Origin: an archaeon
GTDB taxonomy: Archaea; Nanobdellota; Nanobdellia; Pacearchaeales; GW2011-AR1
DNA: 64,000 bases
NCBI GenBank assembly: GCA_043822125.1
Contig: JBDRCB010000006.1
Span: 45,662-109,661, forward strand
Direction of reading: 5' to 3'
The translations under genes and the position numbers were made by a program. The notes under the pieces are model-generated. The model was not told the DNA's origin and searched no databases. It saw only the letters and a list, made by a program, of their open reading frames with translations. How positions within the stretch are numbered: position 1 is the first letter of the stretch; every line of letters starts with the position of its first letter. Below, one piece after another: positions 25,102-34,299 of this stretch.

Positions 25102-28100
25102 TTATTCGTATTTGTTTTTTAATTCAAAGCCAGTATGAATGTGCATTCCCTGCAGTTCTTCTATTAATAATTTAAATGCATATGAAACTTCTACATGTTC
25201 CACATCTTCGCTGTTGCACATAGGGCAGAATATTCTGCTCCTGATGTTGTCTTCAATTCCAACGCTTCCGCATTTTGTGCAGATTGGAAGAACAACTTTG
25301 TCAGAATCATACCTTTCTTTTAATAAAAGCGATGCTCCGTGTGCAACGAGAGCCTGTTGCTCCATTTCTCCTAATCTCAATGCTCCTCCTCTCGCCCTTC
25401 CTTCTACTGGCTGTCTTGTAAGCAAAGCGACTTTTCCAGAAGCTCTTCCGTGAATTTTGTTTCCAACCATATATTTTAATTTAAGATAATATAAATTGCC
25501 GATGAAGATTTTAGAAATCATTTTTTTGCCTGTAACCCCGTTGTACATTACTTCTTTTCCGTCGTATCTGAATCCAAGTGCTTTCAGCTGTTCTTCAAGT
25601 TCTTTTTTGCTTTCTCCTGTAAATGCAGTTCCATCAACAGTCTCGCCTCTTAGGCACCCTACTTTTCCTGCAAGAAGCTCCAGCAGATAACCGACACTCA
25701 TACGGCTCGGAAGTCCGTGCGGATTAAACATAATATCTGGTCTTATTCCTCTTGCAGTAAAAGGAACATCTTCTTCTCTTACAATCATTCCTATAACTCC
25801 TTTTTGCCCGTGCGGAGTCGCGAACTTATCACCAAGTTCCGGAATTCTCTGGTCTCTTGTTTTTACTTGGACAATTTTATTCCCCTCTGAATCTTCTGTT
25901 ATGAAAACAGCCTCAACAATACCTTTTTCCTCCTGCCTCATTGTCACACTTGATTCTTTTTTATTCTTAACTGAGATTTCTCTTGCTTCTGACAGGAATT
26001 TCGGAGGAGACATTTTCCCAATTAAAACTTCTCCTTCTGCAACATCAGCTTCAGGGGTTACAATTCCGTCACTTTCCAGCAGTCTGTAACTTTCTTCTGT
26101 TTTATATCTTGAAGTGTCTTTTTCTGGAATTCCAATTTCATCTTTTAACCCTCCTGCATAATTCATCTCAACAGCTGAATATGGACGGAAGTAAAAACTT
26201 CTTCCAACACCTCTATCTAAACTTCCTTTATTGAAAACAAGTGCGTCGTCCATGTTGTATCCCTCGTATGGCATTATAGCGACGACAAGATTTTGCCCTG
26301 CCGGATAAGTATTAAGGGTGTCATAAACAAAACTTCTTACAATCGGCTTTTGCGGATATTCAAGAACACTAACATCAGTATCAACTCTGCATAAATAATT
26401 TGCAGCATATAATCCAAGAGACTGCTTGTAGCTTTTAGTTCCTTTGATTAATTTTGCGCATGAATTGTGATTTGTATAGGGAGCAAGAGCAGACACAACT
26501 CCGAATAAATCAATTAAATCGATTTCAAGGTGAGTGTGCTCTGGTGTGATATCCTCTTCATAAAGTGCAATCAGAGTGTTTTCTTCTTCAGCAGCGTCGA
26601 GATATTCAATAACGCCTTTTTTTATTAAATCACTCCATTTTATTTCTTTCTGCTCCAGTTGAACAAGATGCTCGTGAGTCAGCTTAGGCTTTCCCCCTTC
26701 AACTACTATTAACGGTCTCAAAACTCTTCCTGCTTCTGTTGAAATTGAAATTATTTTAAAATTCGTGTCGTTTCTTATGTTTAATTCTGCTGGAAGTTCT
26801 CCTTCTCTTCTTTTTTCCCTGATTCTTTTTGCAAATGATTCTGGGTCTTCAACACATCCTACAAATCTTCCGTTGAGAAAAACTTCTATTCCTGAAAATC
26901 CGTCTTTGCTTAGTTCTTTTGCTTCAAGTTCTTTTATGAATTTCTCTTCATCTAATCCTGTTCTTGTTGAAACTCTGCTGAGAATAGAAACATTTTTCCT
27001 CAATCCAACTTCTGTTCCTTCTGGTGTTTCAATCGGACAGAATCTTCCGTAATGCGTCGGATGGAGAGTTCTTGCCATGAAATTTTCCTGGTCACTCGGA
27101 AGCATACTCGAAACTCTCTGTAGTTGCGAAATTGTAGCAAGATAATTTGTCTTGTCCATGTTTTGAGTTATACCGCTTCTTTCTCCAATCCAGCTTCCTG
27201 TTGCAATTGCAGATTCAACTCTGTGCGAGAATAAAGTTGATTTTGAAATTACCTTGATTGAGAAAAATTTTCTTCTCTTGGACGACTTTTGAAGAGAATA
27301 CTGAATGTCTCGAATTAAAATTCCGAGGTTTACCCTAAAAAGAGAAGCAAGCAAATCCCCTGAAAGCCTGACTCTTTTGTTGGAATAATGATCTTTGTCT
27401 GTTCTTAAATTAGGATTTTGTTTTGCAATTAAAAACTGTTTTATAAGTTTGCAGAGAGTTACTGCTTTTTTTATTCTGTCTTCTTTTTTCTGTCCTATGT
27501 GTGGAAACAAATATGAATCAATTCTTTGCCTCACTCTGTCTAAAATTTCTTTTTTAGTTCCTTGAAGATTTGCTTTTTCTGCAATATACATCATTGCATC
27601 TTCTTTTGTAGCAATGTTGACAAAATCATATAAGTTCACAATCACACTGTCTGTTTCAACGCCGATATATTTTGCGATTTCAGATTCTTTTGTCAGTCCT
27701 AATGCCTTAAGTATAATAACTGCAGGAAGCTCTTTGAATCTCGTGAAAGTTACATTAATAATCCCTTCTTTATTTTCATTTATCGTCGCTGGAATTCTGT
27801 ATGTTCCTTTAAGTGAGAACATTCTTAAAATCGGCTCGCCTTTTTTGTCAGTTTCAACAAAAGGTTGGTTTTCAGCAAGGTCTTCTGCCATTATCATCAC
27901 CCTCTCATTTCCTTTAATAATAAAATACCCTCCAGGGTCGTTTGGGTCGCTGTAATTTTCTATCATTTCTTCCTTTGTCATTCCGTTGGTGTTGCATATC
28001 TTGCTATTTACCATAATTGGTATTTTCCCTATTTCTACAACTTCTGAATCTATGCTGTCATCTTTTTTTACAGTTATTTCAAGTGTGATTGGAGCAGAAT

Positions 28101-28365
28101 AAGTAAGGTTTCTCAGTCTTGCTTCATAAGGAAGAACTTTTGAAGAACTTCCATCAGCTTCAATTATTTTTGGTCTTCCGACCTTGATTTTACCAAGGAT
28201 AATTTCGAATTCCTCTTCATTTGTCTTCAAACTTTCTGAAATTTCATCGACAATCTCCTGCATTCTCATCTCTATAAAATTATTAAAAGAAGTAATATTA
28301 GATTCAACTAGAGAGTGCTCTTCAAAATATTTTTTTATAATTAAATGATTGTTTTTTTGAATCAT
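25102..28365 (-). CDS. rpoB: DNA-directed RNA polymerase subunit B (unsplit)
   Basis: GDKFATPHGQKGVIG, RLGEMEQQALVAHGA and a C-terminal zinc ribbon CTKCGS..CPMC. 1087 aa. Confidence 0.95.
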   Translation of the reverse strand: MIQKNNHLIIKKYFEEHSLVESNITSFNNFIEMRMQEIVDEISESLKTNEEEFEIILGKIKVGRPKIIEADGSSSKVLPYEARLRNLTYSAPITLEITVKKDDSIDSEVVEIGKIPIMVNSKICNTNGMTKEEMIENYSDPNDPGGYFIIKGNERVMIMAEDLAENQPFVETDKKGEPILRMFSLKGTYRIPATINENKEGIINVTFTRFKELPAVIILKALGLTKESEIAKYIGVETDSVIVNLYDFVNIATKEDAMMYIAEKANLQGTKKEILDRVRQRIDSYLFPHIGQKKEDRIKKAVTLCKLIKQFLIAKQNPNLRTDKDHYSNKRVRLSGDLLASLFRVNLGILIRDIQYSLQKSSKRRKFFSIKVISKSTLFSHRVESAIATGSWIGERSGITQNMDKTNYLATISQLQRVSSMLPSDQENFMARTLHPTHYGRFCPIETPEGTEVGLRKNVSILSRVSTRTGLDEEKFIKELEAKELSKDGFSGIEVFLNGRFVGCVEDPESFAKRIREKRREGELPAELNIRNDTNFKIISISTEAGRVLRPLIVVEGGKPKLTHEHLVQLEQKEIKWSDLIKKGVIEYLDAAEEENTLIALYEEDITPEHTHLEIDLIDLFGVVSALAPYTNHNSCAKLIKGTKSYKQSLGLYAANYLCRVDTDVSVLEYPQKPIVRSFVYDTLNTYPAGQNLVVAIMPYEGYNMDDALVFNKGSLDRGVGRSFYFRPYSAVEMNYAGGLKDEIGIPEKDTSRYKTEESYRLLESDGIVTPEADVAEGEVLIGKMSPPKFLSEAREISVKNKKESSVTMRQEEKGIVEAVFITEDSEGNKIVQVKTRDQRIPELGDKFATPHGQKGVIGMIVREEDVPFTARGIRPDIMFNPHGLPSRMSVGYLLELLAGKVGCLRGETVDGTAFTGESKKELEEQLKALGFRYDGKEVMYNGVTGKKMISKIFIGNLYYLKLKYMVGNKIHGRASGKVALLTRQPVEGRARGGALRLGEMEQQALVAHGASLLLKERYDSDKVVLPICTKCGSVGIEDNIRSRIFCPMCNSEDVEHVEVSYAFKLLIEELQGMHIHTGFELKNKYE

Positions 28366-28568
28366 ATAACCACCCTATAATAAACATTTATTTTGTCTCC
28401 TTCTTTTCGCGAAATTTTAATTATGTCCCCGATTTGGCATTCTTCTGGAAGTGCAGCATCGTCAGAAAGAATTTTAGGCAGTTGAGCTTTGGAAACATTT
28501 AGTTTTTGCAGTAACTCATCAGCCTCCTTTTGGCTTAATTTAGAATGTTTGGGTTGAAGAATGTGCAT
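28362..28568 (-). CDS. rpoH: DNA-directed RNA polymerase subunit H (Rpb5-like)
   Basis: HILQPKHSKLSQKEADELLQKLNVSKAQLPKILSDDAA..GDIIKISR. The start was moved to the internal ATG at 28568. It overlaps the rpoB start by 4 nt. Confidence 0.8.
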   Translation of the reverse strand: MHILQPKHSKLSQKEADELLQKLNVSKAQLPKILSDDAALPEECQIGDIIKISRKEGDKINVYYRVVI

Positions 28569-28693
28569 TTTAAAATTTAATTGGTTTACATAGCATAAGC
28601 CGGATAAAAACTTTAACAACTCCGCAATAATAAAAGACAACAAAATTTAATTTAAAAATCTTTTGGTGAGGTGGGCTTTGCACAATAACTAAA

Positions 28694-28768
28694 TGGCCCC
28701 GATGGGATTTGAACCCACGACACCTAGCTTAAAAGGCTAGTGCTCTAACCAGGCTGAGCTACGGAGCC
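28694..28768 (-). tRNA. tRNA-Lys (anticodon UUU)
   Basis: GGCTCCGTAGCTCAGCCTGGTTAGAGCACTAGCCTTTTAAGCTAGGTGTCGTGGGTTCAAATCCCATCGGGGCCA folds by hand into a cloverleaf. The 7-nt anticodon loop is CTTTTAA. No CCA is encoded. Confidence 0.9.
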
Positions 28769-28843
28769 ATATATAGTGTTTCGCTTTGCTCAACACTATT
28801 TATTATTTATCAGAAATAGTTTAAAAAATCTTTGTATACCTAA

Positions 28844-29164
28844 TCACAAATAATTTTTCAGCTTCTCCTCAAAATCTTCAGCTGACATTGCGCCTATAAA
28901 CTGCTGGACAACTTTTCCGTCTTTAAATAAGGTAAAATTGGGAATTGAACTGACTCTGAATTTTTGAGCGATTGCAGGATTGTCGCCTACATTCACTTTT
29001 CCAAATTTTATTTCTTTTTTGAATTTTTCACTTAACTCGTCGATAACTGGCGACATCATAAGGCATGGCATACACCACTCCGCGAAAAAATCTATAAGAA
29101 CAAAACCTTGTTTTACAAATTCTTCAAAACTATTGTTAGTAAGTTCAGGGACTCTTTCTGCCAT
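28844..29164 (-). CDS. trxA: Thioredoxin
   Basis: FFAEWCMPC active-site variant of WCGPC. 106 aa with thioredoxin-fold spacing. Confidence 0.85.
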   Translation of the reverse strand: MAERVPELTNNSFEEFVKQGFVLIDFFAEWCMPCLMMSPVIDELSEKFKKEIKFGKVNVGDNPAIAQKFRVSSIPNFTLFKDGKVVQQFIGAMSAEDFEEKLKNYL

Positions 29165-29208
29165 TTTATCATCTGCTATCTAAGGAAAAGAGATATTTAT
29201 AAATATTT

Positions 29209-30342
29209 TTATGATTCTGCAGCTGTTTTGACTTCCTCTGCAACTTCTATTAAATCCCTGTCAAAAATATCAGGAATAAAATAATCCCTGCTTAATCCTT
29301 TCCTTCTTGCAATTTCTGCGATTTTTCTGCATGCAAATATCATCATCTTAGAAGAAATTTTTTTTGCCCCTGCATCCAATGCTCCGCGAAAAATAAAAGG
29401 AAATACAAGAACATTATTTATCTGATTTGGATAGTCGCTTCTTCCAGTTGCAATGATGATGTCTTCGCGGGTTTTTTTCGCAGTTTCATAATCAATTTCA
29501 GGAACAGGATTTGACATAGCAAAAATAATCGGGTTTTTAGCCATACTCTTCAGCATTTTTTCATTTAAAATATTCGGACACGAAACACCAATAAAAACAT
29601 CTGCATCTTTAATCACGTCCACTAAATTTCTCATCTCTGTATCAACTGCAAATTCTTTTTTGTGTTCATTCATCTCACGCCCTTTATATAAAACCCCCTT
29701 GCTGTCGCACATGAAAATTTTTTTTGCTCCTAGTTTTTTCAGGAATTTCGCACAGGCAATTCCAGCAGCACCTGCACCTGAAAAAACAATTTTTACATCT
29801 TCAATTTTTTTCCTCGCAATCTCCAGTGCATTCAAAAGCCCTGCACAGACGACAATTGCAGTTCCCCACTGGTCGTCGTGAAAAACAGGGATATTAAGAT
29901 TTTTTTTCAGCTCTTCCTCAATATAAAAACATTCAGGAGCTTTGATGTCTTCTAAATTTATCCCTCCGTATGTTTTGGAAATTAAATTTACTGTTTTTAC
30001 AAATTCATCTTTGTCCTGTGTGTCAATCAGAACATCAATTGCATCAATTCCTGCAAATTTTTTAAATAAAAATGCTTTTCCCTGCATTACTGGTTTCCCG
30101 GCTTCAGCTCCGATATTTCCAAGTCCTAAAACAGCAGAGCCGTTTGTGATAACAGCGACGCTGTTTCTCTTATTTGTATAATCATAAATTTTTTCAGGAT
30201 TTTTTTTAATCTCTTCACACACTACAGCAATTCCAGGAGTGTATGCAACAGAAAGCTCATCCCTGTTCTTCACTTCTTTTTTCAGTTCTGTTCCAATAAT
30301 TCCTCCTTTATGATATTCTAAAATTTTTTCTTTTTCTATCAA
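29209..30342 (-). CDS. NAD(P)-dependent malic enzyme (short form)
   Basis: LSVAYTPGIA, VITNGSAVLGLGNIGAEAGKPVMQGKAFLFKKFAGIDA and the dinucleotide fold FSGAGAAG. Confidence 0.85.
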   Translation of the reverse strand: MIEKEKILEYHKGGIIGTELKKEVKNRDELSVAYTPGIAVVCEEIKKNPEKIYDYTNKRNSVAVITNGSAVLGLGNIGAEAGKPVMQGKAFLFKKFAGIDAIDVLIDTQDKDEFVKTVNLISKTYGGINLEDIKAPECFYIEEELKKNLNIPVFHDDQWGTAIVVCAGLLNALEIARKKIEDVKIVFSGAGAAGIACAKFLKKLGAKKIFMCDSKGVLYKGREMNEHKKEFAVDTEMRNLVDVIKDADVFIGVSCPNILNEKMLKSMAKNPIIFAMSNPVPEIDYETAKKTREDIIIATGRSDYPNQINNVLVFPFIFRGALDAGAKKISSKMMIFACRKIAEIARRKGLSRDYFIPDIFDRDLIEVAEEVKTAAES

Positions 30343-31037
30343 ACCCTAACCTCCACTTTTTCAAAATAATTTTCTGCAGTTTTTTTCAATTTTTTTAAAA
30401 AATCTTCTGAAGTGTCCTTAAAATCCTCAAATTTTTTTTCAATTAGTTCACCTCTACTTTTAAACCCCTGCAGGACAAATTTCTTTGGTTTTTTACCGAG
30501 AAGTTCATTCACCCATTTTCCCATTTTTATTATCTCGTCGTTATTATGAATATTTTCAATTATTGTAGTCCGAAGTTCATAATCAATTTTTGAAGCAAGT
30601 TTTACACTTTCCTCAATTTTCTCCAAATTAACTTTAACTCCTGTAAGATTTTCATATTTTTCTTTATCTGCTTTTATATCAATCGCCACAAAATCTACAA
30701 GATTTTTTTTAATTAAATTTTTCAGCTTTTCAGGAAAACTCCCGTTAGTATCTATTTTTATTAAATACCCTCTGGATTTAATCTCTTTTAAAAATTCCTC
30801 GTCGAGAGAAAGCATCGGCTCTCCACCCGAAATACAAACTCCCTCTATTTTTTCTTTTCTTTTGTCAAGAAATTCTAAAATTTCCTTTTTGGAAATGTCT
30901 TTTCTCTTCTCACATAAAACCAGTTCAGGATTATGGCAGAATCCGCATCTGAAATTACATCCAAATAAAAAAATAGTGCACCCTATTTTTTCAGGGTAAT
31001 CTATAAGAGTAAATTTTTCAATTCCTTTTATTTTCAT
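30339..31037 (-). CDS. nrdG: Anaerobic ribonucleotide reductase activating protein (radical SAM)
   Basis: CNFRCGFCHN is a CxxxCxxC radical-SAM motif. The gene sits downstream of nrdD. Confidence 0.85.
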   Translation of the reverse strand: MKIKGIEKFTLIDYPEKIGCTIFLFGCNFRCGFCHNPELVLCEKRKDISKKEILEFLDKRKEKIEGVCISGGEPMLSLDEEFLKEIKSRGYLIKIDTNGSFPEKLKNLIKKNLVDFVAIDIKADKEKYENLTGVKVNLEKIEESVKLASKIDYELRTTIIENIHNNDEIIKMGKWVNELLGKKPKKFVLQGFKSRGELIEKKFEDFKDTSEDFLKKLKKTAENYFEKVEVRV

Positions 31038-31043
31038 TTGAAA

Positions 31044-31334
31044 TTAGACTTTTTGCTTGATTTCTACCAATGCTCTAACTTTAAACATTTTTCTGTCCTC
31101 CCATTCTGCCTGCTTTCCTTCATTCCACTGCGACACAGGCCTGAAATACCCGACAACCCTTGAATAAACTTCGCACTTTGTCCTTTTTAAATCACCTGAA
31201 GTTTTTTTCTCTTCCTTTTCTGGAATCTTTGCGGACTCGTCAATTTTTTTAAGATTTCTTTCACTGATAATTTCAAACTCCTGCTTTTTGTCGCTTCCTT
31301 CTTTTTCAATAATCAAAAAATTATTTTTTTCCAT
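31044..31334 (-). CDS. Stand-alone glycyl-radical segment of class III ribonucleotide reductase (NrdD C-terminal piece)
   Basis: KCEVYSRVVGYFRPVSQWNEGKQAEWEDRKMF carries the RVxGY glycyl-radical motif. Its ATG overlaps the stop of the large nrdD ORF (TAATG). Confidence 0.7.
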   Translation of the reverse strand: MEKNNFLIIEKEGSDKKQEFEIISERNLKKIDESAKIPEKEEKKTSGDLKRTKCEVYSRVVGYFRPVSQWNEGKQAEWEDRKMFKVRALVEIKQKV

Positions 31335-33400
31335 TAAACCACCTCCTTAGAATTTAATTGAATATTTTTTATTTCATTTAATCCTTTTTTTTCTGTGTAT
31401 CCAATTTCCTCGTCGCATTTTGGACAGTACATATGTTCTCCTGAAATATAGCCGTGAATCGGGCAGACTGAAAAAGTCGGCGTTATTGTAAAATAAGGAA
31501 GGTTGAAAGTTTCAGAAATTTTTCTTACTATTTTTTTAACTGCTTCTTTTGACAGCCTCTCTCCTACAAATCCGTGGAGAACTGTCCCCCCAGTATATTG
31601 AGCTTGTAGCTCATCCTGCAATTCAAGTGCTTCAAATAAATCAGAAGTGTAATTGACAGGAAGATGGGTTGAATTAGTGTAATAAGGTTTTGCTCCGCTT
31701 TCCCTGACTGTTCCCTCATTTGCGACAATAATTCTTCCAAATCTTTTTTTATCAGCCCTCGCAAATCTGTAAGAAGTTCCCTCCCCTGGCGTTGCTTCAA
31801 GATTATAAATATTCCCTGTTTCTCCTTGGTATTCTTCTAATTTTTTCCTCATAAATTTCAGGACTTTGATTGCAAATTCTTTTCCTTTTGAAGTTGCTAT
31901 TGTCTCTCCCGGCATAAAATTCATTATTGCCTCATTCATTCCAAGCAGCCCTATTGTTGAAAAGTGATTTTTCCAGTATTGTCCGAATCTTTTATAAACC
32001 ATTCTCAGATAAAATTTAGAATAAGGATAAAGCCCCCTCTCAGTAAAATTCTCAAGTGATTTTCTTTTTATTTCAAGACTCTCTTTTGCAACTTCCATTG
32101 TCGCAGAAAGTTTTTTGAAAAAATCTTCTTCAGTCATAGATGTAAAACCTATTCTCGGCATATTTATTGTAACAACACCAATAGAGCCTGTCTGCGGATT
32201 TGCCCCAAACAAACCCCCTCCTCTTTTCCTTAATTCAGTCTGATCTAGCCTTAATCTGCAACACATACTTCTCGCATCTTCTGGTTTCATGTCTGAATTA
32301 ATAAAATTAGAAAAATATGGAATTCCATACTTAGCGGTCATTTCCCATATTAAATCATATTCAGAATTATCCCAGTCAAAATCTTTTGTAATGTTGTATG
32401 TTGGAATTGGGAATGAGAAAATCCTCCCGTCAGCATCTCCCTCTAGCATGCATTCAGCAAAAGCACGGTTAATCATATCCATCTCTCTCTGAAATTCCTT
32501 ATATGTTTCTTTTTGCATTTTACCACCGATAATAATATTCTCCTCTTTCATATATTCAGGAACTTTCAAATCCATTGTTATATTTGTAAAAGGAGTCTGG
32601 AATCCTACTCTCGTCGGAACTGCCATGTTAAATAAGAACTCCTGCATTGCCTGTTTGACTTCATTATAATTTAAATTATCATATCTTATGAAAGGAGCAA
32701 GTAGAGTGTCAAAATTTGAAAATGCCTGTGCTCCTGCTGTCTCTCCCTGAAGTGTGTAAAAAAAATTAATCACTTGTCCAAGGGCTACTCTGAGGTGTTT
32801 TGGGGGTTTTGAAGCAATTTTTCCAGGAACACCTGTAAATCCTGTCGTCAGCAAATCTTTAAGGTCCCACCCGACGCAGTACGCTCCTAATGTCCCTAAA
32901 TCATGAATGTGAATTTCAACATTCTCGTGGCTGAATCTTACTGATTCTGGGTAAATTCTACGAATCCAATAATTTGTTACGATTTTCGTCGCTATGTAAT
33001 TATTCAAACCTTGAAGAGAAAAATCCATGTTGGAATTCTCTTTAATCATCCAGTCATTTAAACTTATATAATCGTCGACAACTTCTATTGTATCAAACAA
33101 ACCCTTAACATTTCTCAGCTCCTCGTGGCTCTTTCTGTAAAGAATATATGCTTTTGCGACTTTCGCATGCCTTTCTTCAATAAGGACTTTCTCTACAATA
33201 TCCTGGACTTCTTCTACTTCTGGTATTTCTGAATCACCACATTTTTCTTCAATTTCTTTTACAATTAAATCAGCAATTTCATAAACTCTGTTTTTGTTTG
33301 TCCCACCGACAGCTTTTACAGCTTTCCAAATAGCTTCTATTATTTTGTCTTTTTGAAAAGGAACAACACTGCCGTCTCTTTTTCTTATTTTTTTAACCAT
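31334..33400 (-). CDS. nrdD: Anaerobic ribonucleoside-triphosphate reductase, large piece (ends after the zinc-ribbon region)
   Basis: N-terminal ATP-cone (VKKIRKRDGSVVPFQKDKIIEAI), SMCCRLRLD active-site region, and C-terminal CPIHG..YCPKC. Confidence 0.9.
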   Translation of the reverse strand: MVKKIRKRDGSVVPFQKDKIIEAIWKAVKAVGGTNKNRVYEIADLIVKEIEEKCGDSEIPEVEEVQDIVEKVLIEERHAKVAKAYILYRKSHEELRNVKGLFDTIEVVDDYISLNDWMIKENSNMDFSLQGLNNYIATKIVTNYWIRRIYPESVRFSHENVEIHIHDLGTLGAYCVGWDLKDLLTTGFTGVPGKIASKPPKHLRVALGQVINFFYTLQGETAGAQAFSNFDTLLAPFIRYDNLNYNEVKQAMQEFLFNMAVPTRVGFQTPFTNITMDLKVPEYMKEENIIIGGKMQKETYKEFQREMDMINRAFAECMLEGDADGRIFSFPIPTYNITKDFDWDNSEYDLIWEMTAKYGIPYFSNFINSDMKPEDARSMCCRLRLDQTELRKRGGGLFGANPQTGSIGVVTINMPRIGFTSMTEEDFFKKLSATMEVAKESLEIKRKSLENFTERGLYPYSKFYLRMVYKRFGQYWKNHFSTIGLLGMNEAIMNFMPGETIATSKGKEFAIKVLKFMRKKLEEYQGETGNIYNLEATPGEGTSYRFARADKKRFGRIIVANEGTVRESGAKPYYTNSTHLPVNYTSDLFEALELQDELQAQYTGGTVLHGFVGERLSKEAVKKIVRKISETFNLPYFTITPTFSVCPIHGYISGEHMYCPKCDEEIGYTEKKGLNEIKNIQLNSKEVV

Positions 33401-33423
33401 ATTAAATTTTAATTCGTATATTT

Positions 33424-33861
33424 TTAAAGTTTTTTTAACTCTTCTTTAAAATCAACTGCGTCTTGAAAATTCCTATATACAGACGCGAATCTCATATAAG
33501 CCACATTATCTATTTTTTTAAGTTTTCTCATGATAATCTCTCCTATAATAGAGCTTTTAATCTCTTTTTTCCCCTTTCTCCTTAAACTCTCCTCAATTTC
33601 ATTTACTATTTTTTCAATTTTTTCCCTAGGAATAGGGCGCTTTTCAAATGCTTTATTCAACCCCTTTTCAATTTTTTCTCTGCTGAATTTTTCCCTCCTC
33701 TTATCTTTTTTTATAACATACAGCTCGCTCTTCTCAGCTTTTTCGTAGGTGGTGAATCTTTTTTTGCATTTAATGCATTCTCTTCTCCGCCTAACTCCTT
33801 CAGGAGCCCTTCTTTTATCAGTAACCTTTGATTCTGTGCTAGAACAATAAGGGCATTCCAT
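33424..33861 (-). CDS. nrdR: Transcriptional repressor NrdR (zinc ribbon plus ATP-cone)
   Basis: MECPYCSS..RRRRECIKCKKRFTTYE zinc ribbon followed by an ATP-cone (VIKKDKRREKFSREKIEKGL). The start was set at the ATG at 33861. Confidence 0.85.
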   Translation of the reverse strand: MECPYCSSTESKVTDKRRAPEGVRRRRECIKCKKRFTTYEKAEKSELYVIKKDKRREKFSREKIEKGLNKAFEKRPIPREKIEKIVNEIEESLRRKGKKEIKSSIIGEIIMRKLKKIDNVAYMRFASVYRNFQDAVDFKEELKKL

Positions 33862-33871
33862 AATTATAATG

Positions 33872-33891
33872 ATATACAATATATTGTATAT
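33872..33891. promoter_or_regulatory. NrdR-box-like perfect 20-bp palindrome ATATACAATATATTGTATAT
   Basis: The core ATACAATATATTGTAT resembles the bacterial NrdR-box consensus acaCwAtATaTwGtgt. It lies 11 nt upstream of the nrdR ATG. Confidence 0.5.
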
Positions 33892-33914
33892 TGGAACTTA
33901 TTTATTACTATAGA

Positions 33915-33926
33915 TTGTATATACAA
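33915..33926. promoter_or_regulatory. Second, shorter palindrome TTGTATATACAA (possible second NrdR box)
   Basis: 12-bp perfect palindrome whose centre is 39 bp from the centre of the first box. Confidence 0.3.
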
Positions 33927-34023
33927 GAAATTTAAAATTAAAAACTATTTAAAGGTTTACAACCATCATAGAAAAGTAACATAAAAAATAAACATTTATA
34001 AATAAAAATTATTAAATATACAT

Positions 34024-34299
34024 ATGGCTGATTATTTTAATGCACTTGCATCTGAACTTGGGGTTTCTTTGTGGTTGCTGACAGTTATATTAATATGGAC
34101 TGCTGTTTGGAAATTAATTGCCCTGTGGAAATCAGCAAGAGCAGGCTCTAAAATCTGGTTCGTGATTCTTGCTTTAGTGAATACAGTAGGAATTCTTGAA
34201 ATTCTGTATATTTTTGTTTTCTCAAAAATGAAGCTTTATCAGAGAACAGCAAGAACAAAAAAGTTTACTGGAAGAAAAACTTCAAAAAGAAAAAAGTAA
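34024..34299 (+). CDS. Small membrane protein with a basic C-terminal tail
   Basis: Two hydrophobic segments (LWLLTVILIWTAVWKLIALW, IWFVILALVNTVGILEILYIFVF). Confidence 0.5.
   Translation: MADYFNALASELGVSLWLLTVILIWTAVWKLIALWKSARAGSKIWFVILALVNTVGILEILYIFVFSKMKLYQRTARTKKFTGRKTSKRKK

Noticed and set aside
21749-28047. Numerous 60-113-aa plus-strand ORFs inside rpoA and rpoB. Similar antisense ORFs occur inside smc, fusA, tuf, nrdD, dnaG and cstA.
   Set aside because: They are antisense to long, well-supported genes. Their low-complexity, S/F/L-rich translations are typical of the reverse frame of K/E-rich AT-rich coding sequence.
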